Shown here in pieces: positions 1-8,200 of a DNA stretch of 30,269 nt. The stretch comes from a virus (lineage: Duplodnaviria; Caudoviricetes): positions 1 through 30,269 of IMG/VR virus record IMGVR_UViG_3300037751_000150; one strand, given 5' to 3'. The notes below the pieces were generated by a model that was not told where the DNA came from, did no database searches, and worked only from the letters and a program-made list of their open reading frames with translations. Numbering within the stretch: the first letter of the stretch is position 1; each line of letters opens with the position of its first letter. The position numbers and the translations under genes were made by a program.

Positions 1-2
1 AT

Positions 3-1358
3 GAAATCATTGCAACTAACCCCTGCGGAGAACAGCCCCTTGCACCTAATGAGGCTTGCGGACTTGGTTCTATTAATCTATCTTCTCTGGTGAACCACCA
101 TGGTGTGTTTGACTATGCCAAACTACGTGAGGTAGCTATCTCTGCGGTGTTATTCTTAAACCGCATGATGCAGAAGTCAGAATACCCGAATAAGAAAATT
201 GCAAAACGGGTAGATCAGTCACGTAAAATTGGGCTTGGTCATATGGGATTTGCGGATGCACTTATTAAGATGAAAATCCCTTACACAAGTGAGGAAGCGA
301 TTAATTTTGCTTCCAATGTAGGGCAGACTATTATTGATGCTTGCGTTCGTGCTTCACATGAATTAGGTAAAACAGAAGGTTGTTTTCCATTAATGAATTC
401 GTATCGTATCCCGAAGCATATCAAACATGCTTTGCAACGGGAAAACATTAAAGAAAAAGACTACAAACCGGCCAATAGTACATTAACAACTATCGCACCA
501 ACTGGGACAATTAGTATCCTTGCTGATTGTTCAAGTGGGATTGAACCGATTTTTTATCTTGAACAGATAGAAAATCGTGCGGAAGAGGTTATTAAACATA
601 TCCATCCATTATATGCAGCTTGGAAGGAACGTAATCCTGATACACAAAAACCAAATTACTTCCAAGACCTGCATGATATTGACTACGCGACACATGTAGC
701 TATTCAATCCACTTTCCAAAGATTCATTTGTAGTGGTGTATCTAAGACAGTTGGGTTGCCAAATGACGCTACACATGACACAGTTGCACAAATTATCCAT
801 GAAGCATATTACACTGGTTGTAAGGGTATAACTATCTATCGTGATGGGAGTAAAGCAAATCAAGTTATCTCTGATAGTAATGGAATTTCTTATCCGTCTC
901 TTGGGGAGAAAATAATCCCTCATGCACGACCGGAAGTTTTATCTGGTACGACATATCAAATTAAAACTGGCTATGGGCATATGCTGGTAACAATTAACTC
1001 CCTTGCGGGTGAACCTTTTGAAATTATCTGTCAACTTGGCAAATCTGGTGCAAGTGAAATGGCTAAAGCAGAAGCGATTAGCCGTCTTGCGTCCATGCTG
1101 CTTAGGTGTTCAGTTGACCCTATGGCTATTGTCGATCAACTTGAACGTATAGTCGGTGGTTCACCTATTTTTGACCAAAATGGAACTATTTATTCCATCC
1201 CTGATGCAGTGGCAAAAGTGCTTAAACGTCATTTATCACTTATCACAGAAACAACTGTGCCACATATGATGAAATGTCCTGAGTGTGGCAGTCATAACCT
1301 TCAAGCTGAAGGTTCTTGTACGAAATGTCTAAATTGCGGCTGGAAATCTTGCGGTTGA
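3..1358 (+). CDS. nrdJ: Class II (adenosylcobalamin-dependent) ribonucleotide reductase, 5'-truncated, with C-terminal TSCPD-like domain and Zn ribbon
   Basis: The frame is open from base 3 and reads EIIATNPCGEQPLAPNEACGLGSINL (catalytic N-x-C-x-E plus resolving Cys). It continues with RKIGLGHMG, TTIAPTGTIS...SSGIEP, GCKGITIYRDGS, RPEVLSGTT...TGYG (TSCPD-like) and CPECGS...CTKCLNCGWKSCG. The track start at 90 is not the real start. Confidence 0.93.
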   Translation, partial: EIIATNPCGEQPLAPNEACGLGSINLSSLVNHHGVFDYAKLREVAISAVLFLNRMMQKSEYPNKKIAKRVDQSRKIGLGHMGFADALIKMKIPYTSEEAINFASNVGQTIIDACVRASHELGKTEGCFPLMNSYRIPKHIKHALQRENIKEKDYKPANSTLTTIAPTGTISILADCSSGIEPIFYLEQIENRAEEVIKHIHPLYAAWKERNPDTQKPNYFQDLHDIDYATHVAIQSTFQRFICSGVSKTVGLPNDATHDTVAQIIHEAYYTGCKGITIYRDGSKANQVISDSNGISYPSLGEKIIPHARPEVLSGTTYQIKTGYGHMLVTINSLAGEPFEIICQLGKSGASEMAKAEAISRLASMLLRCSVDPMAIVDQLERIVGGSPIFDQNGTIYSIPDAVAKVLKRHLSLITETTVPHMMKCPECGSHNLQAEGSCTKCLNCGWKSCG

Positions 1359-1382
1359 TAACTAATAAAAGGAGATAAACCA

Positions 1383-1604
1383 ATGGCTAATGAAAAAAGT
1401 AATACCACAAAAGTTAAAGAAGAAAAGCAAGAAAAAAAGACTAATGAAGAATTGGCGAAAGAGATTGTTCATTCTATTTCACAAGTATTGCATCTTCGTG
1501 CCGGTATCGGTCCTATTTGGCGGCAACTTGATTCTTCACGTCGTCAAGAGATTCTTGAAAAATGGGACTATGATGTAACTAAACTACTTGATGAATACAG
1601 GTAA
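1383..1604 (+). CDS. Hypothetical phage protein (73 aa)
   Basis: Strong SD (AAAGGAG) before the ATG; tightly packed after nrdJ. Confidence 0.8.
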   Translation: MANEKSNTTKVKEEKQEKKTNEELAKEIVHSISQVLHLRAGIGPIWRQLDSSRRQEILEKWDYDVTKLLDEYR

Positions 1605-1606
1605 AT

Positions 1607-1846
1607 ATGGACGAAAAAGAGATAAAAGCAGTTTATGAAGACAGACAACTTAATGGTTATCCATTAGGTGATTTGGAGTGTGCGTATTGTGGTAAACTTG
1701 ATGGGCATTTAAACCGCCAATTGACTTTGTATGATAATGATGAAGCCAACTGGGGAGTTTATTGCCCAACTTGCCAAAGAGACATAGATGCTGATTACTG
1801 GCTAGGCCAATGGGACGAATTAAATTGTGCCCGCAGGAGCACATAA
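1607..1846 (+). CDS. Small putative Zn-finger protein (CAYC...CPTC)
   Basis: Two CxxC pairs; 2 nt after the previous stop; TAATG overlap with the next gene. Confidence 0.7.
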   Translation: MDEKEIKAVYEDRQLNGYPLGDLECAYCGKLDGHLNRQLTLYDNDEANWGVYCPTCQRDIDADYWLGQWDELNCARRST

Positions 1847-2127
1847 TGAATGACTTAGTTCAGCGTACCAAGAAAGGAATAAAAAGAATAATTAACAAAG
1901 TGCTTGATTATATTTGCCCATATGTACCGGGTGGGTGTTTAATCCCTTATGGGTTTTCATATCTTTCCGATGGTGCTATTGTATTTCGTTTGCCATTACC
2001 TTTTCGATGGCGAGATTATTCTGTTTGTCGCAATGAAGAAGTCTGGGGGAATGCAAACTTGTATGTAAGCAAACATCATGGATACCAGATTTTTTGGGTA
2101 GAAGACAGTTATGAATATGAGAGGTGA
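1846..2127 (+). CDS. Hypothetical protein (probable start MNDLVQ at 1846)
   Basis: AGGAG upstream and TAATG stop/start coupling favour 1846 over the track start of 1810. Confidence 0.65.
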   Translation: MNDLVQRTKKGIKRIINKVLDYICPYVPGGCLIPYGFSYLSDGAIVFRLPLPFRWRDYSVCRNEEVWGNANLYVSKHHGYQIFWVEDSYEYER

Positions 2128-2128
2128 A

Positions 2129-2242
2129 ATGAATGAAGAAAATGGGTTGAACAACATACAAGTCTTGGGTGTTTTATCTAATATTCACCTAGCTATCCAC
2201 TCACGCATAGCGGAGCTAGAGAAAGGAGAAACACATGTTTAA
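2129..2242 (+). CDS. Small hypothetical protein, 37 aa (MNEENGLNNIQVLGVLSNIHLAIHSRIAELEKGETHV), absent from the ORF track
   Basis: Fills the gap between neighbouring genes; GAGG upstream; overlaps the next start. Confidence 0.5.
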   Translation: MNEENGLNNIQVLGVLSNIHLAIHSRIAELEKGETHV

Positions 2243-2432
2243 TGATGACCAGGTAGATTATATGAGAAGTCTGGGTAAAAGAAGTCCTGCCGAACTGTGC
2301 TGGTGTGGGTGGTATCCCAAAGGTGAGTGTCCTTCCTGCCCTCCCGACAAAACCGGACTTGATAAAAAACTACTCAAATGCCAGGTGTGTGGCAATGGCC
2401 CTGACAATTACGGAGCTGGAGAAGAGAAATGA
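2235..2432 (+). CDS. Cys-rich hypothetical protein (65 aa)
   Basis: SD AAAGGAG; CWC...CPSC...CQVC; ATGA overlap with the next gene. Confidence 0.75.
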   Translation: MFNDDQVDYMRSLGKRSPAELCWCGWYPKGECPSCPPDKTGLDKKLLKCQVCGNGPDNYGAGEEK

Positions 2433-2947
2433 GTGATTGGAAATGTCCTAATTGTGGTAAAGCTTGTTACCCGGGAGAGGGTTATCCAGAGTACTTCCAT
2501 CTGAAGAAAAGCGCTTGCTGTGATGTACGTATTGTTCGTGTATCTGATGCTGAAAAACTTCGCGCTGAACTTGCTGAAAGTGAGAAACAGAAGGAAGAGG
2601 CAGTTAAGTGTTCTCATGTTATTGACGATTACCGTACTACTATAGAAGAGGCTCTTGATATTAACTTTCTAGGTGTATCTACTGGCAATGCAAAAGCTGA
2701 TCTTAGTCAGTTAATTGCATGGGAAGTTAAAGTCGCACTTGATCCTGCAGTGTCATCAGATGCTAGAGATTTACAAGTTAAAAGCATGGAGAAATGTGAA
2801 AAACTTGGAGATAACTTACAACTTATCTGTACTGATTCTGGACATGACGACAGATGGTGTGCGCATTGTAGTGCAATGGAGCAAGGGATTGAACAGTACC
2901 AAAATGCTATTCGTGCTTACATAGTAGAATTAAGCGGAAGAAAATAA
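2429..2947 (+). CDS. Hypothetical protein with N-terminal Zn ribbon and coiled coil
   Basis: CPNCGK...ACC at the N-terminus, a coiled-coil stretch, C-terminal C..H...CAHC. Confidence 0.75.
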   Translation: MSDWKCPNCGKACYPGEGYPEYFHLKKSACCDVRIVRVSDAEKLRAELAESEKQKEEAVKCSHVIDDYRTTIEEALDINFLGVSTGNAKADLSQLIAWEVKVALDPAVSSDARDLQVKSMEKCEKLGDNLQLICTDSGHDDRWCAHCSAMEQGIEQYQNAIRAYIVELSGRK

Positions 2948-3232
2948 ATGACTCAAGAAGATATTAATGATTTAAGAGCAAAATACCCGAGTCATGAATT
3001 AAAAGCACAAATAGAAGGAACTGATAATTTTCTACATAGAGAACTTGTGAGAGTAAAAAAAGACAATATGAATCTTAGTGTTCAACTTGTCGAAGCCATT
3101 GATGTATTAACTGATGCTGCGCAGCTTATTGACGGTTGGAATCAAGGAACAGATTGGACTACTTGGGACCAATCTGTTAGGGACAAAATCAGTAAAGTTC
3201 TCAATAAGTTTTATGATAGTATTAATAAATGA
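2948..3232 (+). CDS. Hypothetical protein (94 aa)
   Basis: Directly abuts the previous stop; helical/coiled-coil composition. Confidence 0.7.
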   Translation: MTQEDINDLRAKYPSHELKAQIEGTDNFLHRELVRVKKDNMNLSVQLVEAIDVLTDAAQLIDGWNQGTDWTTWDQSVRDKISKVLNKFYDSINK

Positions 3233-3245
3233 GAGGATTGATGAA

Positions 3246-3359
3246 ATGAGTGAAGCATGGCAATGTCATGGATGCAAGAAGCATCGTAAGTTATGTGAAT
3301 GTCCTTATGAAACTCATGTTAGAGAAACAGATATGAATAAGGCTACTTATGTACCTTAG
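3246..3359 (+). CDS. Small Cys-rich protein (MSEAWQCHGCKKHRKLCECP...)
   Basis: SD GAGGA upstream of the ATG at 3246; the longer track ORF from 3114 overlaps the previous gene. Confidence 0.55.
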   Translation: MSEAWQCHGCKKHRKLCECPYETHVRETDMNKATYVP

Positions 3360-3630
3360 AATATCTGTTTCAGCACTTGGGCAATTTTTCGATGCATCAG
3401 TAACGATAGAAGTCACTGAGCCATATGTAAGAGCATTTAAACCACTTAGAACAACAGATGATCCAATGACAGCTTACGCAAATGGAGAACTTACAGCAGA
3501 TAGTGCCTCAGCGCGAGTTGTTATGAAATTCCGTGAAGAAGCTGCGAAGGAAATAGCTGCGGCACTAACAGATCAACTTGTGAAGATCATGCAAAGGAAT
3601 GATACTTTCAATGGGTATGTGCAAAATTGA
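3349..3630 (+). CDS. Hypothetical protein (93 aa)
   Basis: Packed ORF overlapping both neighbours; normal composition. Confidence 0.7.
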   Translation: MYLRISVSALGQFFDASVTIEVTEPYVRAFKPLRTTDDPMTAYANGELTADSASARVVMKFREEAAKEIAAALTDQLVKIMQRNDTFNGYVQN

Positions 3631-3817
3631 AAAATTTAAATCTGTTTGTAGTGCATGTGGGCATGAAAAAGATAAAAGTTACAGTGTAGTAATAATGCCC
3701 GATGGTGTTGAATGTAATCATATTGGTTGCAAAAATCATGTAACGCATCCATGTGAAGGATGTGGTAGAAAAGGCGCAAATGGAGTAGCATACGTTAAAA
3801 TTGAATCAATAATTTAA
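3611..3817 (+). CDS. Small Cys/His-rich protein (start uncertain: 3599, 3611 or 3617)
   Basis: CSACG...CNHIGCKNHVTHPCEGCGR; ends immediately before the terminator. Confidence 0.6.
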   Translation: MGMCKIEKFKSVCSACGHEKDKSYSVVIMPDGVECNHIGCKNHVTHPCEGCGRKGANGVAYVKIESII

Positions 3818-3864
3818 ATATAAAAAGGGAGATAACTTCACCACGGTTATCTCCCTTTTTATAT
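3818..3864. terminator. Bidirectional rho-independent terminator between the convergent regions
   Basis: Perfect 19-bp inverted repeat ATATAAAAAGGGAGATAAC / GTTATCTCCCTTTTTATAT with a 9-nt loop and a T-tract on both strands. Confidence 0.92.
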
Positions 3865-3920
3865 ATGGCTAGTAGTCGCCGTGGCCGTCGGGTATTCCCG
3901 CCCTGCTGGCGGAAAGCGTA

Positions 3921-4520
3921 TTACATAGAGTAGACCATAATCAAACCACGTTGCCGAGCAAGATGTGAGGCAATAAGTGCTTTGTCGCAATTAGTAATGA
4001 AAATATCCTTATCGAAAAATGTCAAATCCCCACCGAGAATGAACACCACTGCACCAATATCATTGTTCGCACGATCAACAATCTTATTCGCATAGGCCAG
4101 CAAAGTTGTATAAGTAATCGCTGGACTTTGCAACAAAGCTTCAAGTTGGTCAATAACTAAAAATGCATCCTTTGTACTGTAAGAATCCATTTTCTTGAGT
4201 GCTGTCAACTGCAAACCAAGCAACCCTTGGTCTACAAATTTCATTGTCTCTGCATGATTGAGAATAATTGAAGATGATTCTTTGCAAACTTCAGGAACAA
4301 CATAACTTCTTACGCATCCTTGGAGAAGAATCAAACTCCAGAAGAGCAGAAAGTACAAAATAACAACTTTCTTCTTCGCAAGCGCTTTCAGTAAATCACG
4401 AATGATCGGCAGCAACGCATTGTTCTTCCATTTCGGATTCATTGCCACAAGTTCAGACATAATAAATAATATCCAACCGCTAAGTACCGGGAGCCAACTG
4501 AGAATTGTATCCATGTCCAT
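3921..4520 (-). CDS. Membrane protein with internal lipoprotein signal (holin-like N-terminus fused to a lipoprotein; possible lysis gene)
   Basis: SD AAGGAG; N-terminal hydrophobic helix, then KKK-VVILYFLLFWSLIL-LQG|C69 lipobox; last gene of the late region. Confidence 0.6.
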   Translation of the reverse strand: MDMDTILSWLPVLSGWILFIMSELVAMNPKWKNNALLPIIRDLLKALAKKKVVILYFLLFWSLILLQGCVRSYVVPEVCKESSSIILNHAETMKFVDQGLLGLQLTALKKMDSYSTKDAFLVIDQLEALLQSPAITYTTLLAYANKIVDRANNDIGAVVFILGGDLTFFDKDIFITNCDKALIASHLARQRGLIMVYSM

Positions 4521-4523
4521 GAC

Positions 4524-4973
4524 TTATCTCCTTCTGTTAGTTGTGAATAACGCACCAATTCTAACACCAAGATACCCAAGTGTTTTGGTGACTTTTGAAC
4601 TTGTCCGTCCTACAACATAACGAAAAATCTTATCTGCGAATTTACGTTCTTTCTTGGTCCTTGCGAGTTTGCATAGAAAATCATGTAGAACACTCGCTTT
4701 AGGATGCCGCCACTGGGGGATAATCCATCTAAACCCTATTGGTGTACTACTGCCATCCCATATGAATTTCAAATCCTCTCGGATAATAATCCCTCTGAAA
4801 TTAAAATCCCTAGAAACCATCCGAGTATTTGGCGTATTTGTAGTATTTTCATACAAATCCTCTATAACATCATCAGTGAATAAATCCGCCAATGATAAAC
4901 TGAAAATTCTATCAATTTCTTCCTCGCCAACTAAAGCACGTAATATTAATGATTGTTTTTGATATTCTGTCAT
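4524..4973 (-). CDS. DUF1353-family protein
   Basis: F.WDGSSTP...ASVLHDFLC...RKFADKIF...YLGVRIG pattern; the ATG at 4973 lies 1 nt after the upstream stop. Confidence 0.75.
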   Translation of the reverse strand: MTEYQKQSLILRALVGEEEIDRIFSLSLADLFTDDVIEDLYENTTNTPNTRMVSRDFNFRGIIIREDLKFIWDGSSTPIGFRWIIPQWRHPKASVLHDFLCKLARTKKERKFADKIFRYVVGRTSSKVTKTLGYLGVRIGALFTTNRRR

Positions 4974-4974
4974 T

Positions 4975-5229
4975 TTAATACTCACTTGGGTCAAATAAAT
5001 CTTCAAGAATATCCACGACATTGCTGTAGTAACTACTCAAATCCGCTGCGATGAAAGGTTGGTTTTCTACAAAGTCGATAATGGAATAATGGATAGAAAA
5101 GGTCGCTCCACAAGTATGAGGTTTAACTGCGATACGTTGTTTTACGCCAGTGAATGAGTTAAATAGCGCCACACGGTTTGTTGGAATAGCAACTGAATTA
5201 TGGATACAACTGTACTTGGGTTTTTCCAT
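4975..5229 (-). CDS. Hypothetical protein downstream of the tail tip gene (84 aa)
   Basis: SD AAGGAG before the ATG at 5229 (MEKPKY). Confidence 0.7.
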   Translation of the reverse strand: MEKPKYSCIHNSVAIPTNRVALFNSFTGVKQRIAVKPHTCGATFSIHYSIIDFVENQPFIAADLSSYYSNVVDILEDLFDPSEY

Positions 5230-5239
5230 AATTGACTCC

Positions 5240-8200
5240 TTACCCACAGTGATATGAACACGCGATCATTTTTATATCATCATCACCTTCAGTCCATGTA
5301 ACAGCTTCGCGCGCTTTGGCAACAGTGTAGTTATGTAGTAAATCATCATCTTGTTTCATGCCCTTACCGGGGCGGGATGATGAACAGATATAATCTCCTA
5401 CTGTAATATCCCCACCATCTTTGCATACATTTATCTGCCCCTCACCAACAGCATTCATATTAACCCAGTTATAATTGCTCACTAATTGTGTAAGTTTATT
5501 CTTGATTGTCTCAAAATTACTAGCTGACACTTTGGCGTAAATAGTTTCATAAATAGCCGCTGGTAAATTCAACAATGCCAATGCTTCCATAAAACCACTA
5601 AAAGTTGATGTATCTATGTCAGTTATTCTATCAATGTTATATGGTATTTTACCTACATATACACCAACAACCGCGGGGTCTTTAATGGTGTTATTTTTGC
5701 CACACTCAAAGATCGTATTAGATACATGTTGTGAATACAAAAGATTTTTATCCACAAGAATATCACCGATAATAAGTTCTTCAGTTTTACTGACTAACGC
5801 ATCATGCGCACCTGTGAACGGGCCATAATTGCCACTGCGCCTAGCATAGAAATCATAAGTAACCCCTGCGCCAGCGACACCAGTAGCATTTTCAGAATAC
5901 CCATCTACCCCGTAATTACTTGTAGAGAAAGAATAAATACCTCTACCAGTACCGTAATTTGATACACCAATAGCTTGAGCTATTGAATTGCTAATGGCAC
6001 TAATAGCATGACCAGAATTACTTTTTGCGATTAATCCAGCTTTGCTACTCGATTCAGCTCTTACTGCCACTTTACTACTAGAGGAATTCCCAAAATTTCC
6101 TAATATAGTATCTCCTTCAATTGAACTTAACCCTAGTGTAATTAACTTAGTAACCCCATTTGTGTCGTAAAACACAGCTTCATCTGAGGTACTAACTTCA
6201 AACCTTTGTCCTGATGCAGAAGTTCTTAAAGTAGCTCCAGTTATTGTACCTCCAGATATATTTCTACCTGTCAGAGTACCCGCGGTAATATCATCAGCAT
6301 TTAAACTACCTCTTACAGCAAGAGTAGACCCATTCCATTGAATATAATTAGTATTATTACCGATCCCGAATCTTGCTGACCCACCGACCATACCGAGATA
6401 AAAACCAGCAGTGGTGTCATTATAACTATCTTTGCCGTAAGATTTAATAACTGCATCAGTATTAAGTATTATTCCACCAGCAGTAATAGTCACTGCTGCT
6501 TCTAATGCACCACTTGTTGAATCCGCATTTGCTGGCGGTTTTGTTCCAGTTACATTATCATAATCAACACCATTGGCGTCAAGTATAATATTCCCATCGG
6601 TATCGACTATAAGCATCGAAGCCGCGATTATATTCCCATCCTTATCAATCGACCAACCAGTAGCACTAACACCGGGGTCATAGTCGAATACAGTCGATTG
6701 GATTAAGGCACCAATTTTAGCATTGGTAACTTCGCCTTCTCCAATCCTAGCCGTACCCATTACCATATTGGCACGACTTTCCCAACCTAGTTCATAAGCA
6801 TTACCATAGTTAATTGCAATCTGAAATTCACCCGCATCAAAATCAAGTGCTTGAAACACAGAAACATCATTTGTAGTTTGGTACTCAGTCAGACTAACAC
6901 TAGGTTTATAATAAATATATGCATCAGTTGTACTCCCTGCTGAGATAGTATACTTATCCCCATTCCACCAGAGAGAATGTTCGTTCCAGTTAAGTGTCGT
7001 TCCGAGAGTATTACTCCAAGACTCAGCTTGAAGTATTGGTACATCAGGGAACAATTGACTCAATTCATCAGGGAAATTAATAACATCAGCAACAGTTACA
7101 GTTGTATCAACTTCAAATATCTCCTGAGACGAATAGCTTATGTTATCTCTACCGAATGCGTCGTATGCACCAATTTTGAAATAATAAACCCCATCGACAG
7201 GTTGAACAAAGGATAAACTATTCGGCAATGCTGTCGAACCAGTTACTAACTCTGCATCATCGAAAAAGAACGCAACTGAATCATCAAATCTGAACTCACT
7301 AGAATCAGTGAATCCAAACTGAGGAGTAGTTACATCTATAACTGCTGCATCAGTAGTGGTAGTGATAATTCTATACAACGTCCCTGTACCGGGAGTGAAG
7401 CCATTCACTTTGGAAATATGAACTTCATATCCCATAAGGTCTTGGTCACTCAGACGGTCCCATATTAACTCAACAGACCCGAATTTCTCATGATAAGTAA
7501 GCCCAGTAACTTGGCCAGCTTGCGCGTTCACTGGTGTAAGTGTCTGCATAGTACCAATATTGCCTATAACATCAACCGCACGAACTTTAACATCGAAAGT
7601 TCTATATGTTCCAGCGGCTTTGTTTTTATCGAATGTGAAATCGAATTTATTATCACTCACCCGTTCGCTATGGATAAGTGTTGCTGACCCGACTTCATAA
7701 ACTTCAACGAGATAGTAGTTTAACCATCTTGTATTGGCCCATTCATCTACAGGATCATCCCAAGTGATAAAACAATCCTTGGTAACGAATGTAACACCGT
7801 CACCAGTGTCATTAGAGACTTGAAGATTCGCAACACCAGTTGACATAGTGGGATTATCGGCGTCATTATAGTCACTTGCGGTGTATACAATATACGGCGC
7901 AACACTCAATGGTTGTTCAATCCCGAAGGAGTTAATTGTAACTGCGTAAATTTTATAAAACGGATAAATTTCTACATTATTAATCTCCAGATTATAATAA
8001 CCCGAACCCACGATACGTTCTGCTACAACAGTAGAAAACTCAGTTGTGCTGTTGCCCCCAAGAACAATCAGCCGCAAGCCTTTATAGAAAGTCATGTCAC
8101 TCGGAAGTGTCCATGAAACTTCAAGACGACGTTTTACATTATTGTATGCATCAAAGTATATTGACGAACTTGCACTCAATGCTGTTACTTGTGGGAATTT

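Noticed and set aside
54-80. RNR motif reads ACGLGSINL instead of the usual CNLGSINL
   Set aside because: Catalytic Asn/Cys/Glu and the resolving Cys are intact; a single substitution is not evidence of changed function
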